A stretch of DNA of 64,000 nucleotides, taken from assembly GCA_964106915.2 (NCBI GenBank), contig OZ066919.1. One strand, 5' to 3'. Both the position numbers and the translations under genes were made by a program. Positions within the stretch are counted from its first letter, which is position 1. Each line of letters opens with the position of its first letter. Source of the DNA: Podarcis gaigeae (taxonomy: Eukaryota). Shown here piece after piece: positions 34,101 through 48,049 of the stretch. The notes under the pieces are model-generated. The model saw nothing but the letters and a program-made list of their open reading frames with translations. It ran no database searches and had not been told where the DNA came from.

Positions 34101-37100
34101 GGAATTCTGTCATGTTCCAGCAAGACTATCTGATTTTTTAAAAAGGTTTTAAGCCCTATACATAAGCGTGTTCACTTATATGTTTCCCCCCTGAATTTTT
34201 TTAAGTTTCAAAGCTGCGTCAGGGATTATGTGTGCTGTTTAGCATCATATGCAATATCCAGTCAGCACTATCTATAGCTGGCTTTTTCTCAATGAAACTG
34301 AAACACCCTCAATTTACAGAGCAGGATCTTTCTTCCTAGGAATAAAACTAATGTAGATTTTATATTGAATGCAATGGGTGTGTTTCCAACCCATCCCCAG
34401 TGCTCTAAAAATGTTCCATTTGTCTTCACCTCTTCAATCAGCGGGGAAGGAAGAAAGCAATAGTTAAATAAATCAAAAAAATAATTTAAAAACGTTTTTG
34501 CAGCATTGTGAGAAATTACATGGAAATTCGTCTTTTGGTGTTGTAGAATGAGAAAACCTTTCTGTAGGTGGCTGCAAAAGTATCGTCTGATCCTAAGACT
34601 GAAATCTATTGTTAGGAACTTTCACTGTCTTTCCCCCCCAGATATATTCTTTGTAATGAGGGGGGTATAGAAAAAAGGTCGTGTACAGGATCTGCAACAA
34701 CAATAACTTATTTAAAATATTGACATCCTTCCCAAATTCGCAAAGCTTGAGAGTAGCTCTCAAAAGTCCTATGAACAATATCAAATAAAATAAGGCACAG
34801 TATAAAATCAGCGGAAATGAGGAGAGTGTGCAGAATGATAGAAGCAACAGAATCAGAAAACATTTTCAGTTAGAATTCGGTTCCATGGCATGCAGAAAAG
34901 CCTGGGCAAATGAAAAGCTCTTTACTTGGTGCTGGAAAAGACATCAGATTTGGCACCTGGGAGGAACATTCTGTGTATGGGCACTGAGAAAACTCCCTCC
35001 CTAGTTGTTACTTGCCTAACTGCAGAAGGTATGGGGTGGAACTAGGAAATCTTAATATGATTATATAATCATAATATACTACTATAATCTTACTATGATT
35101 ATAAAGTTGAGCACAGTCATGTGATAGAAGACCATGGACTCTACATGACCCTGGACTCTAACTGACGGGTAGGAGTAGTAGAAAAAAACATTTGCTTTTG
35201 CATAGCCAGCATGTACATATCATCCTAATAATTCAAAGAAAGGAAAGCATGGAAATGGATTGTTAGTGAACAATACCACATGGTATTAGCACAGCAGCAG
35301 AACTGGCTTTCCCTCCTCCTCCCCACCCTTCAGTTCCCATGGATTGGGACTCTGGAGCAAATTTTGGGGGTCCTCAAGGAGCTGCGTGGTGTGTGGGGGG
35401 GAGCAAAGTCCTATAGTGTGAGCAAAAGCCTGCTTGTGCAACATTGGAGATCACACAATATTTTAATGCACTAAATCTGTGCTAAAACCCTTTGGATGCT
35501 CTGTATTTCAGGCAAACTTTATATCCGTAATTAAGTGTTTGTAAATCAAAGTTTATTGTGAGAACCTACAGAGAGGGTCAATAGTGTACAAAGTGGTGGT
35601 AAATATCAGATCCCTGTGGTATTCTTAAGTAATGAACACAACAAGAATTCTCTCTAAGCCTTAATGATCAGTTTGCCTGCTATATTAAACTCCATAATAA
35701 TTATCCTTTTAATGTATTCATTAATTATCCTTTAAATGGCACGTCAAGGCCCTCAGGAATTGCTGTGCAAAATTTAGAAGCAGTGTTTACAGTCCTTGTC
35801 AACTCTGGTCAGAAAATCATGCACCGTTTCTGCTAAGGAGCTAATGTTGGGTCCTGAAGCTGGAGTGCTCAGCTTCAACTCTACCATGTATGTAACTCTT
35901 CAGATACATGCTTGATGTTGCTAATCTGGAGCAGTCAGTAGCCAGAAGCCAGTTTTAATTGGGATTGTGTCCTGGCTCATTACTATTCATATATGTGCTT
36001 CTCCACTTTTGCCAAAAGGCAGGGTCTGCATGTTCAGGGCTCTTTTATTTCCACCTCGTGCAAACATATATATTGGGTACCAAGAGCCTTTTGCCTGCCA
36101 GATGTTGCTGAACTAAATTTCACACCAGCTCTAGCAAGCATGGCCAAGGATGATGGGAGTTGTAGTTCAGCAACATCTGGAGAGCCAGAGCTTCCCCGCA
36201 CTTGACTGATACGCTGCCTCCACCTTTCTTTTTCCATCCGTTACTCTTGTTGCATCTGGCTGGTCACTGAGGTACTACTGTATAAGATTCATATATAATG
36301 CAAACTATTTGCAGACTTTTCCAGTTACGAATTGGGTGAATTCTAGTCTTTAATGTCATAAGCATCTAATTTTGACAGCACGGTGTTGGGGAATAATATA
36401 CTTGCTGAACTTGCTTCTGCCTACTAGCAAGTTGGCTGTTGGGCAAAGGAGCCTAATTTTTTTTGCAGGGGGGGGGGAATGTGACATCCCCACTCATGCT
36501 GAGAACTTCAAAGGCCAGGGTGGTAATAGTAAAACACAGAGTATCTTCTTCTGTTGAACCCCTTCTGGCAATCCCCCATCAGTGTTGGATTAAGCCATTA
36601 TGATCCCTGGCAAAACATAAAATCATTCTTTTAATTTATTAAATAAATAATAAAACAATGGAGATGGAGCCTGTCCAGTATTTAATTGCTGGGGTGTAGG
36701 GGCAGGGCAAGATTCCAATAAGTAGGAGCTGCCACATTAAAGGCCTGATTCCTACATAGTATAGTATGGCAACAGGCCTTCTCCTGAAGAACAAAATGAT
36801 CAGTAGAATATATAAAGGGTTGAGACTATTGTATCCTGATCCCAAGCTGCATAGGACTTTGTACACTAGAACCAGCACCTCACACTTAGCCCAGAAGCTA
36901 ATTGGCAGCCGATGCCATTATTTTCTAATTGGAGCCCAAGGGCTAGTAAATGTAGTTATTAGACTTTTAGACCGCTTTTCAGGCTAAAATGCTTCTCAAA
37001 GCAGTTTAGAACTGTATACAAGGCAAATCCAAAAATAAAATCATTAAGCACATATCCAGTATGATGCAATGTACTCTAGCCAACATTCCACATACAGTAA

Positions 37101-38421
37101 AACAAAAATGGCCTCCAGAGGCCATGTTTTTAAAAGTAAGTTTTTAAGGCCAATTTAAAGTTAACAAGCGATGGGACTTGCCTTATCTCTCTTGGAATCT
37201 AATTGCAAGAACAGGGAAGCCACAACTGAGAAGGTCCTGTTCTGTGTATTCACCAGTATAATCAAAACTCCCCGTCCTATTATTTGAATCTTCCCCACAA
37301 GAGCCATTCTTACTAACACAAAGAAGTGCCATATGCATTTTCATGAACCACCAGAGGTGAGCTGTGAGCAAAATATGAGAGGCAAGAATTAGAATTAGAA
37401 GCTATTCAAAATAATTGGAGCAGTGAGCTTTGGACGGTGTGTTTTAGATCCACAACCCTTCAAAGATTAGTGATCTTATGGAGGATGAGGAGGGTCAGTG
37501 ATTTCAGCAGAGTACTAAAATTTAGATATAAGATTCCACAAAGAGTGGGAAGTGGTTATACCACAGCAGAGGTGAAAATAAGCCTGAAGATAGTAACAAT
37601 TGAACATTCTGGATTCTCCCCAAATACAGAATTCCTCAGCACTAATGGCCAAAAGAGAAATAAACCCTTTCTTGGTAGGCAATAGTTGCTTTTCATTTAT
37701 TTCTATATAATTTATTTAGATGTCTCAGCTGTGCCAAATTACATAGCTTGGCACATGTTGAAGCAATAACTTCATAATTAACATTTAGCAAATCCCTTTC
37801 TGTTTTCTTAATTACACCTCCTTACACTTGCTCACAGAGTCTGCATTTCCCTTTACAGCCCTGCCAGTCGGCCCTGCCAAGTATTTAGAACATCCAGGTT
37901 TTGGTTTTGGAGTTGAGTTTGAAATGCTATCAAAAGTGTCTTGTATCACTGAATGTTATCGGAGGCAGTATTACCCTGTTCGTAATTGCACTTGAACCTG
38001 ATACCCCAGGTTGGCTGCAGATTAGTTTCCTGTTGGGCTGGCAAAAAAAGCGACTGACCACACTGCCTTGTTCTTTAATTGCTGGAGTGAAATTAAATTG
38101 CTCTTCCTGTTTTACTTGTGATGTGAAGTGGATTTCCTTGAATTTGAGCTGATTAAGAAACCAGCCTCCAATTTCAAACAGTTAGTCTCCTTATTAAATG
38201 TAAGGATCTCATTTCTTACTTTCTGTTTTCAGATTGGTCACCCGCTGGTGGAAAATATTGAGCGAGAAGCTTTTCATCTCTCATCCCGTCTCATTAGCGC
38301 GCCCTACCGCAGGACTGTGCGAGCCCTCGTATTCGCTTTAAAGCACAAGCCTGAAACGCGGACACAAGTGCAAAGTGGTGTGCTGTCACCTAGCGTGCTT
38401 GTGCAAAGCTACAAAAAGTGA
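31072..38421 (+). CDS. TCEANC2: Transcription elongation factor A N-terminal and central domain-containing protein 2, join(31072..31173,32573..32714,33286..33479,38233..38421), 208 aa
   Basis: GT-AG exons sum to 627 nt in an open frame: [55 protein letters not shown]/..[24 protein letters not shown]. Confidence 0.96.
32573..32714 (+). CDS. TCEANC2: TCEANC2 coding exon 2
   Basis: ttgcag|AGG GTT GTG..ATA G|gtaaca. Confidence 0.95.
33286..33479 (+). CDS. TCEANC2: TCEANC2 coding exon 3
   Basis: tgcaag|GT CAT ACA..CTG GAG|gtgctg. Confidence 0.93.
36630..36915 (-). mobile_element. L2 LINE 3' fragment
   Basis: Minus frame [16 protein letters not shown] resembles the L2 ORF2 C-terminal KVLVLTYKAL.GLGP.YL motif. 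Confidence 0.6.
38233..38421 (+). CDS. TCEANC2: TCEANC2 last coding exon
   Basis: tttcag|ATT GGT CAC..AAG TGA; candidate AATAAA at 39519 and 40823. Confidence 0.94.
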   Translation: MGHPLVENIEREAFHLSSRLISAPYRRTVRALVFALKHKPETRTQVQSGVLSPSVLVQSYKK

Positions 38422-41400
38422 CTCAAAGGCCTTTTGCAGAAGGGGTGCAGCGGTGGGGATAGGCATAACTGTATTATGAAATAATGGAGGGAATCACTTC
38501 TGTTTCTTTGAATATTAGTGAATACATTAACCACATAATTGTTCAGTACTACCAGAGAGTGTTTCAGGATATCCCTTCAATGTCAAGTTCTCATTTGATA
38601 CAAAGGGCGGTTTGCAGTTCAGAGAGTTAAGAGGAACGGGAAAGGAAATTATTCTCCTTTAACTTTAAGCAGCCTGGAAGGTAATTTCAGCTGGTAAGAG
38701 ACCAGGTCTTTGTGATATTCTCTTCCCAAGAGTGTATGGCACAAACCTTTGTGGGCTTCATCACAGGGACTGGCTAGTATGCTTAAAAGAAACTCTGGTG
38801 ACCAAATGTAGTTAGTTTGTAAACTGAAGCTTGCTCCACCTGCCATCCTCCAGCATCAAATCACCTCTTTTGCACATTTGCTCTACCATTATCTGCTCAG
38901 CCTTCATATCTATGTATTTTGAAGCAGGGGTAAGGAACCTGTGGCCCTTCCATCAGCCCCAGCCAGCATTTTCAGTGATGGGGTTGTAGCCAGATAACAT
39001 CTGGGAGAGGGGACACAGGATCCCTACCCTGCTCTGAAGAATTGCATTCTGCAGTGGCTTTTAAGAACTGTGAGTTTACATTGAGGAGGAAATAATATTT
39101 GATGCACTTGGCCAACAAGACCAGCAAGAGCCCGTGGTGGCATAGGCTACGTTTTACATCAATAGCGCCATGGGATTATGCTACCTAATTGGTCTGAAAG
39201 GGCAAGTAGACCTTTTGCTGTGCACTGTTATGGGTGGGTATGAAAACAGTTCTGCTGTACAGTTCTGCTGTATAATGTACACTGAGGTTCTAGGGGTCCA
39301 TATGCAAAGGCAAAATAGCACGAAATGAGAACAATCCGAGGAGCAGCCTCTGCCATCCAAGACTTCTCTGCAGCCTACCAGAGGCTTTGTGCAACATTCC
39401 CAGAACCCTGTAAGCAAGGTGCAGAGCTTGAAAAACTGTTTCTGCAAAGGAAAAGCCTCTGGATGGCCCTGCAAAACCTTACAAGGGCTTCCAGAGCCCT
39501 TTCTATTCATATATGCATAATAAACTGCCTAAAGCTGTGATCACATAAGGAAAATAAGTGTAAATTTTCAGGTACTGCGTAAATACCAATGCTTACAAAC
39601 CATCTACCTAAATATGTCCTGAACCTTCCTACTTCCTTTTCCATTTCTTGCCCTAAAATGTTACTACCTCATCCTCACCGGTTGGTCTTTTTTTTTTAAA
39701 CCAATGGCAACTCCCCTGCCTCATCTTCAGACTAATACAAACAAGAATGTTGTGAGATATTGAACTATAATTTTCTAGGGGGAGAAATGGCCTTTTCAAA
39801 AGATGTTGGGTGAAATTCAGCATTGCACAAGGTGGCATAATCTTAGTCTCCGTCCACCTACACCTCCAAAAAAAATCTGTTCTGGATAATCTGTGGAGTT
39901 GGTGTTGTAGGAGATAAGAGCCCAGTTGCAGAAGTCCTTTACACTCATGCATGAGCGGTGTTGGACTACTTTCTCCCACAAAAATTAAAACAATAATCCA
40001 GATCAACTGCGTGTACTTGAAAAGTTTTAACACAGTTCAAAAGAGCTTCATCTTGGTATTAAGTCTCCTACTATAATGTAACGTACTGTGTGTGGTCAAG
40101 GCAGCACTGACTTTAAGAACAAATAGATAAACTCTGAACGTTATAGTGGAGAACAGAGGAGTCAATGACACAAGACACACTGAAAGAAAGTGGGAGGCTA
40201 GAAAACCAAAGTATATCATCAGACGGTAAGTGGGAATTAAGTCTTTTAAGTGTATATTTACATTCAGAGTGTGTTTATACAAGTTACTCTGTGAACGATT
40301 TTGCTTTAAAGCAGAGCAAGGTAGTATGAAAACAATTAGAACAAAGCTCAAAGGGAGTTCTGCTAGCACTTCTCATTTGATTCCTTCTGTCAAAAGCCGT
40401 CCCAGGAAGACTTGATGTCCGTAAATGCCTGGCTAAGGGGGGAGGTGGGAGTTAAATTCAGCACAAGTTGTTTTCCTGAGCACACATATGGACTAGTTGG
40501 AAGAAAGTGTGAGCATGTTGCAGTGAAACCAATATGTAAACAAACATGAAATAAGGCATTTTTAAAATAACAGGTGTGGGGAGCGTTTTGCTGATGTACA
40601 ACTCCCATTATCCCTGGCTATTGGCCATGCTAGGTAGAGATTATGGGAGTTGTGTAGTCCAGCAACATCAGGAGGGCCTAAGGCTCCTTACACTAGTTTT
40701 ATGCATACCATTTCTATGCCTGTTCCTCAGTTGGTGTTTTTCAGTCTACAAAACTGCAGTATATTTAAGATAAGACAAAACTGCCCCTGTTAAGATGAGA
40801 GTTGGAACAAATATTACAGTGAAATAAAAACCACCTGAAAATAGTTTTACAATATAACCCTAATTTGGAGTATGTTGGAAAGAACAGCTTGGTTATAATA
40901 AAAGTTAAGAAGAAGGATGTTTTCAGCATTCTTCCTGGCTAGAATATAACCAGACAATGACTCTTCAGGAAATATTGTTATATTTTGGAAGAGTAAAAAT
41001 AGATACAATGTCTAAATTCAGGCCATGATACAAGAAGCAATATAACCCAGAATGTAGGGCACCATATCTAAAAAAAACCCCCATAAATAGTTTGTGTCCT
41101 TAACAGATAGAAGAACACAGTTTTGAAATGTACATATTGGAACAAGGTCATTTGAAATCAATGTGAACAAAGTGTTAAGTGGCTTTTCTGGTGCTTCCTT
41201 GCTCTGTCGCAAAATAAAGGCATTTTCACCATGACACTAAAAAACTCTTTGCTTTTCCCACACCTGTAATGTGGGTGTAAAGTGTGCCTTGGCTGACATG
41301 CACATTTGATTTCAAAATAAGACTCTTCCGCTTTCTATTCAAAATAATGATACAAAGGCCCATGATGCAGTTCTACTGCTGAAGCCAAGCAAGGCAATTT

Positions 41401-41815
41401 CTGGCCCTGCATTCTGCAAAACTGATCTTATCCTGGGAACCGTATATAAGTTGCTCTTGAGTTATCTGGCAAGAAGGACAGTGCAAACATAAGCAGTAAG
41501 AGTAAATAAATAACATGCCCATGTACCTACGCATAACATACAAGAAGCTAAAAGATAGTGTTTGACATGGGCTGGTTGTTAAAATGACATTTTCGAAAAG
41601 CAAACATGAGAGAGAGAATTCCACTGCAACTGTGCTTTATAGCCATTCATGGATAAGCTGCTCTTGAAGGTGGCTACAATGGGCATTTTCCCATGCCCCC
41701 AAGACCAGCAGAAGGTTCACTGCTGTAACAGCCACTATTTCCACTTTGCACTGAGTATCCAAGCTCAGTTGGAGCCTGATAGAATTCTCAGTTTGCATAT
41801 CCCATATCTTTATTA

Positions 41816-41954
41816 GGGAGAGTAGCTCAGTTGGTAGAGCTTGAGACACTTGATCTCAAGGTCCTGAGTTAGAGTCACACATTGGACAAAAGATTCCTAC
41901 ATGGTAGGCGGTTGGACTAGATGATCCTCATAGTCCCTTCCAACCCTACAGATT
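41816..41954 (+). mobile_element. tRNA-Lys-derived SINE with CR1-like 3' tail
   Basis: Head TAGCTCAGTTGGTAGAGCTTGAGACACTTGATCTCAAGGTC (decayed tRNA-Lys) followed by GGTTGGACTAGATGATCCTC..GTCCCTTCCAACCC (CR1 3' end). Confidence 0.8.
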
Positions 41955-42295
41955 GAGGGTGCCGTGCCCAATGGTCTCAAAAGTCTAGGGTCAGCATTGT
42001 TAATGAACTGTTCCCTACAGTTATCTTCCCACCCCTCTGCAAAAAATGAAGAAGCCATGCGGGCTAAATTGTAATGTTCGGTCAATATAGCAGACAACGA
42101 AGATTCAGTCATCTTTCCTCAACTAATATCATGTGCCTGTTTAGTGCTGTAGATTCTCTTAGCCTTTGGGCTTCTTGAGGGCCTAACATGAAACCCCCTT
42201 CTAATTTATTTATATTTCAAGTATTTCTTTATAATTTTTTTGATCGAAAAAGACAGTAAATTAGTTTACAAGGAAATCAGAATTAATACAGTATA

Positions 42296-42524
42296 CAGTG
42301 GTACCTCGGGTTAAGAACCTAATTCGTTCTGGAGGTCTGTTCTTAACCTGAAACTGTTCTTAACCTGAGGTACCACTTTAGCTAATGGGGCCTCCCGCTG
42401 CCAACCACATTTCTGTTCTCATCCTGAAGCAAAGTTCTTAACCTGAGGTACTATTTCTGGGTTAGTAGAGTCTGTAACCTGAAGCGTATGTAACCTGAAG
42501 TGTCTGTAACCCGAGGTACCACTA
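42296..42524. mobile_element. Tc1/mariner (pogo/Tigger-like) MITE
   Basis: TA|CAGTGGTACCTCGGGTTA ... TAACCCGAGGTACCACTA|TA. Confidence 0.85.
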
Positions 42525-43759
42525 TAGCCATACCTTGGGCCAACTTACACCTACATATGCAGTCCCTCTCAGCAGTTAGTGTTGTTGGCACCTGTTTGTC
42601 TCAAGAGACAGTGGCAAATTATAATGATAGCATTGTAAAATCCTTCTCAAGGAATTATAATTCTGCCTATTAGGACAATGTGCAACTAGATGGAAAGAAA
42701 CTCCTGATGCTTTCAAAGGTATGTAAGCTAAAAAATATTGTGTCCTCATCCGTCTTTTAGTGCAGATATTCCCACGCAGCTATCAGTGCATGAGTAGAGC
42801 TGGATCAGGCATTTGCCTTCCATGAGTCCATTCTCCCTTTGTGCTCTCAGTATTATATTACATTTTTCTCCATATCTAAACTTTGTGCCATGCCAGCGGC
42901 TACCACAGGAGGGTGCCCTGTACAACCAAACATACCAACTCTGTTGTAGCATGAAATAAAGCTGGGTGGATGGAAATTTAGCAGAGCTAAGGTACATAAT
43001 CTTCTGGAGCATGTAGCACACAGGCCTATAGCAGAATATAGTGGCAATATTTTTGAATACTATGGCAATGTTTCCTGAAACATTCACGTCTTATAGCTAG
43101 GCTATTCATTCCATTTTAGGAAATACTTTTTCCTACTATGTTACTGAAATGTACCTCACCAAAGTCTTAACTCTTTGTCTTTGTACTGTTTCCTCTCTTA
43201 GGAAAAGAATGCCAGTCAGTGGCTATTAGACAGGATTAGTGTGGGAAATGCATGTTCAGGGTAGTGCTTTGAGAAATTGCTAGAGATATCTGAAGGGGGA
43301 GATTGTTGCTCCTGTGTAAAACCATTCTCATGCATTGGGTGGGTGCACAATCCACATTAAACACTTTAAAAGAAAGTTAAGCATATGCTTAAATAACTCC
43401 CAGTGAAATCAATGGGACTTTTACAAGTGCCTAACTTTGGTTGTGTCATGTCCAACCAAATTAATCTTTTTTTTAAAAAAAGTGTTAAATTCTCTTCTTA
43501 AACTTCCTCAGTACCAATTCCTTCATATATCAAGCTGTCTAAAACCATACCTCTTACTGGTAAGTAACATGAAACTACCCAACATAGATTAAGAGTGTGT
43601 AGAGGGGCCAATTCATATAGGAAAGTGCCTTAGGTTAATTCAGCCCAAAGCAAATTTTACAAGTTCCCAAGGAGTATTTGTATACACACATATATACTGT
43701 ACATTGAATCTCAGACTTAAGTTTTGTATATGAGATGCAAATGATGGGATCCAAAGCAA

Positions 43760-43815
43760 GTTTGTTTAGTTGTTTAGTCATGTCCGACTCTTTGTGACCC
43801 CATGGACCAAAGCAA
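43760..43815 (-). mobile_element. BovB/RTE 3' tail remnant
   Basis: Reverse complement TGGTCCATGGGGTCACAAAGAGTCGGACATGACTAAACAACTAAAC. Confidence 0.7.
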
Positions 43816-44594
43816 GTTACTCACATCTAAATATCTTTGAAATTAGCAAACAATTCAGTTTAGTTTTTTAGCTATTACAAAAGACTAAGAAAATGATAAA
43901 AAGAAAACTAGGGGATAGGTAAAATTGAATACATTAAGACAGTTATAACACAAAAAATAGCCTTTCCTTAATAAAAGTCAGTTGTAACACCAATAAAAAT
44001 GTAGCAACTTTGAAATGAATGTGCTTTAATTCACTGCCAACTCGGTTATCTCTGATTTTAAGCAGACTTGTGTGAAAGTACCTTTCAAGCAGAATTAGTA
44101 ACAATGTATTTGATATGTACACCTCCAGGGTGGTTTCTTACTAGGTCCTCATTACAGCATGGGCCACTAAAGAACAAGGAGGGAGAGACAGAAGTCATAA
44201 AAATAAAATGCACTTATTGATGGGCAGTGGGTAAGGGATTTGAGGCCGGGGTATAAGAGGAGGATCAGGGAACAGTAAAAAAAAGTTTCTCTCATCCTCC
44301 CCTTGACCAGGCCTCACAGAATCCCCTGTAGCCTCAGAGCCTTAACAGATGCTGCCTTCACATTTTAATGCGTTGCTCAAAAGTTGATCCATTGCCATGG
44401 CAAAGAAAATACTTCAGATTTTTTTTTTTTGCTGTGTACAAATGGAAGTGATGCAGCAAAGACTACCTAATGTACTAATAGATAATCAGATGCCCACTTA
44501 CAGCTGTGATAATGGGAAGCAGATTTATAGTGAGAGAACAAGCTGCCCTCACACCTACAAAATCTTCAGAAATTCATGATGAGTGGTCTTTACC

Positions 44595-44815
44595 ACTCAG
44601 TGGATGACAAACCAATCGTGAGTCAACAATGTGACGGTGAGGCCCAAAAGGTCAATTCTATTTCAGGCTGCATTATTAATACAATGTACCATCCACTGCC
44701 CAGTCTTGGGAAGCGACAGTCCTGCTGCTGTGGTTCTCCTTACTACTTGGCTCTGGTCTGATTTGGAGTGCTGTGTTCAGTCCTGGCCACCCACAAGTCA
44801 AGGAGGATGTTGACA
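44595..44815 (+). mobile_element. Degraded CR1 LINE fragment
   Basis: GTGAGTCAACAATGTGAC..AAGGTCAATTCTATTTCAGGCTGCATT..TTGGAGTGCTGTGTTCAGTCCTGG (SQQC..KANSILGCI..LEYCVQFW-like). Confidence 0.65.
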
Positions 44816-45387
44816 GGTGCAAAAGGCTCTTAAGCAGGGCTCTGAGCCACACACGTGACAGCTAAAAATGCGGGAGTGTGCCGTGCTCAGTCTCTGGAAG
44901 AGCGGATGACCCAGGTTGTGTGCAGGCTTTCTAAAATGTGCAGACACTGGCGGATGCACTGGCCATGTCCTGGCTGATACATGGTCACTGTTAGTCTGAA
45001 AGAGGCCTTTGCACACAGGGATACCCAGATGTAGGGCTCCATCCACACCGATGGAGATTAAAGAGCACCAATATGTATTCTGTACCCATGGACTGACACT
45101 GATTCATGGGTACTAGATGACTGAAGAATGTTTATAGCCATCTTTTGTAAGGTGAGGGCTGTGCTTAAATTATGGCAGGAGGAAAGGTGGGTGATTGAGG
45201 CCGCAGCAGGGGTGCTGCTGCTGCTGAATGAAATCCACAAGCCCCAAACATAAGTGTTACCATTTTAGGGCTACCTAAAGGCTTCTTAAATACTGTAGCT
45301 AAAAAGTCTGCCCACCTTAATGTACTTTCTGGGGCAGCACTAGCAGAGTGATATATACCATTTTTCATTGTCCCTGTGCTATTATTA

Positions 45388-45633
45388 CAGTGGTACCTCG
45401 GGTTACAGAGGCTTCAGGTTACATACGCTTCAGGTTACAGACTCCGCTAACCCAGAAATAGTACCTCGGGTTCAGAACTTTGCTTCAGGATGAGAACAGA
45501 AATCGCATGGTGGCGGTGCGGCGGCAGTGGGAGGCCCCATTAGCTAAAGTGGTACCTCAGGTTAAGAACAGTTTCAGGTTAAGAACGGACCTCTAGAACA
45601 AATTACGTAAGTTCTTAACCCGAGGTACCACTG
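45388..45633. mobile_element. Tc1/mariner MITE, same family as 42296-42524, opposite orientation
   Basis: TA TSD; perfect TIR CAGTGGTACCTCGGGTTA. Confidence 0.88.
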
Positions 45634-47316
45634 TATTCACTAATCAGCGAATGAAGGGCTAACTGCACTTTCCATGCTAGCATGCACAACAGTGGTCTAA
45701 TACGTTTTGCAGAGGAACTCTTGGGAAGAGGTACTTGGTACTTTCCCCACCTGCCCTATCCCATCTCCAAATTGCCCCCACCCCAAGAAGTTTTTTCCCT
45801 TGTGGAGTTTTGACCACACATTCCCAAGGACAACTGTGTGTTTCCTGTCACTAACATGGAGTTAGCTGGTGTGTGTGTGTGTTTTTATAGTGAGGCAGTG
45901 GTGGGCAGGGAACCAGTTAAATGCATCTCCACTCCCAAAAACTCCCAAGGGAAGTGACTTCCTCCTTTAAACATCTTGCCTGGGCCTTAAATGAACAAAC
46001 GTGCTCCATCAGTGATATGCCAACTTGAACAGGAGGGGGGATATAAATTTGCTTATAACCCTTAAGAAGTATCAATTTTAAAGAATAATCATATTGGAAA
46101 TATGTCATAAAGAAATGTAGGACTGTATTTTTCAACAATAAAAGCCACCTCCCTTTAGTAGTTCATTTGCTTTGCATATAGGCGGAGGAAATCCTCAAGA
46201 AAGCAAAGATTAAGCCATCGCATGTGGAGTAGGCTGTCTCTTTGGGCTGCCAGCCCCCTGAAGACCACCACAAGGCAAGAGAACCACACCACACCTTATT
46301 TCTCCTGGTAATTACACTGATCTGTTTTCTTATATGCGTGACAATGTCAAAAGGACACAATGTGTGTGTTGTGAAACAACTATTCCTCCACCCTAGCCAA
46401 TAGTAAATTCTCTACATTGAAACAAATGTGCTGGGATGAGATCCTAATGTAGACTTTACATCTAAGTAAGCGGGTCCTGTGCACAGCCAAAACCACAATG
46501 GCAGGTCCTTTCATAAATACAGGCTCATGGTTCAGTCCCCAGTGTCTCTCATTACAAGGTTCTCAAAAGGCAGAAGTAGCAATGTGAGTGCAGGGCCAGG
46601 GCCTGTGGCACACATAGATCTGGCCTCTAACACCTCGTCAGAATTCCCTGCAGCTCAGTACCTGCTGCCTGAGGCCATCTCACACCGCCTAATGCTTGGA
46701 CCGGCCCTGATTCACTGCTAAATGTGCACGAAAGAGTTCACTGGAAGTCCAGAACATTTTGCTGATCCTATTATCGCTTTCAACACTGACACTGACTCAG
46801 AAATTCCAGCAGTGGGAAGCAGCCACTAGGCACAGGAGATGGACCTGTCAGCATCTAGCTGGGATTTCAGGGTCCACAGGGACAGGAGAAGGAAAAGGCC
46901 TCTGCTGTAGGTATGTGGCACAGGCAAGGCCTTTAAAATCTACCTTATTCAACCTGGTGCCCTCCAGATGTTGTTGGACTCCCGCTCCCATCAGCCCTAG
47001 CCAGCATGGTGTGGGATGATGAGAGAGTTGTGGCCCAAGATTTCTGGAAGGAGCACCCAGTTGAATAAGGCTGATTTAGATGAAGATGTTTCTGCAGGTG
47101 CCACAGCTCTTAAGACAGGCCAAAGCACCTGTGGTTAAGCTTTCCTTTCCTTTTCAAAAATCCTATTATTTCTCCTCCTCCTCACAGCACGTTACCTGGC
47201 TGCTATGGGGGCCCATGAGTGGCAGCCCTTTGAATATAATGGTCTTGTTTTGAAGGCAGTGGCAGTTAAATGTCCTGGCATGGGCCCTGGCTTCCTTCCT
47301 TCCCCGCTCACACATC

Positions 47317-47323
47317 CCTCCTC

Positions 47324-47347
<24 letters not shown>
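47317..47347. repeat. (CCT)n microsatellite
   Basis: About 10 units. Confidence 0.9.
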
Positions 47348-47354
<7 letters not shown>

Positions 47355-48049
47355 GCCTGTTTTGTCCTCATTTTTTGTTGTTGTTCAGCCCACAGCAATG
47401 TGATCTGGTGCCACCCCTCCCCCCCTGCCGCCTCAGAGGGAAGCAGCTCAGACGTTTCCGAGGCTGGTGGTGTCACTGACTTGATTCAATGCCAGAGCAA
47501 AGGAGGGGGGCACAGGCGGCGTTCCCATAGAACCAGAGAGGCAGAGAAAGCAGTAGCGGCAGCAGCGCGCCACTCCTTGGGGACCGATGATGGTTACTTC
47601 TGCCTTGAGACCAGCTTCTTTGTGCATCCCAGGAGGAAGGAGTCTACATCCTTAGCAGACAATAAACTCCTCGCTGAGTTCTAGCCCATCAACAGCATGC
47701 AGCCGCTCCTTCCTCTCCTCTCCTCGCCTTCCCTCCCCAACCCCAACCCCCAACTCCACTCGACAAGGCAGGCTGTGAAACAAGCTCACAAGCAGAGTGG
47801 ATGGGCAGATATACCTGGAATTGAAACGAGACACATCCCACCAGTCTTTAAAATCAGAATCATGCAAAAATCAGCTGAAGACATAACAGTCTGTTTTTGT
47901 TTTGCTAAGCTTACATTTCTAAACCTTCCCTTTTAAACTGGATTCTGGAATCATTGCAAGGATTTGTCCATTTAACCATTTCATTGGTCTCTCTGATTTT
48001 CTAAGGGGGTCCTTAGCAGAGAAACAGCTGCATGCCGGAGGCCAATAGC

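Noticed and set aside
41816-41890. tRNA-Lys gene
   Set aside because: Acceptor stem and T-loop are decayed and it is fused to a CR1 tail, so it is a SINE head
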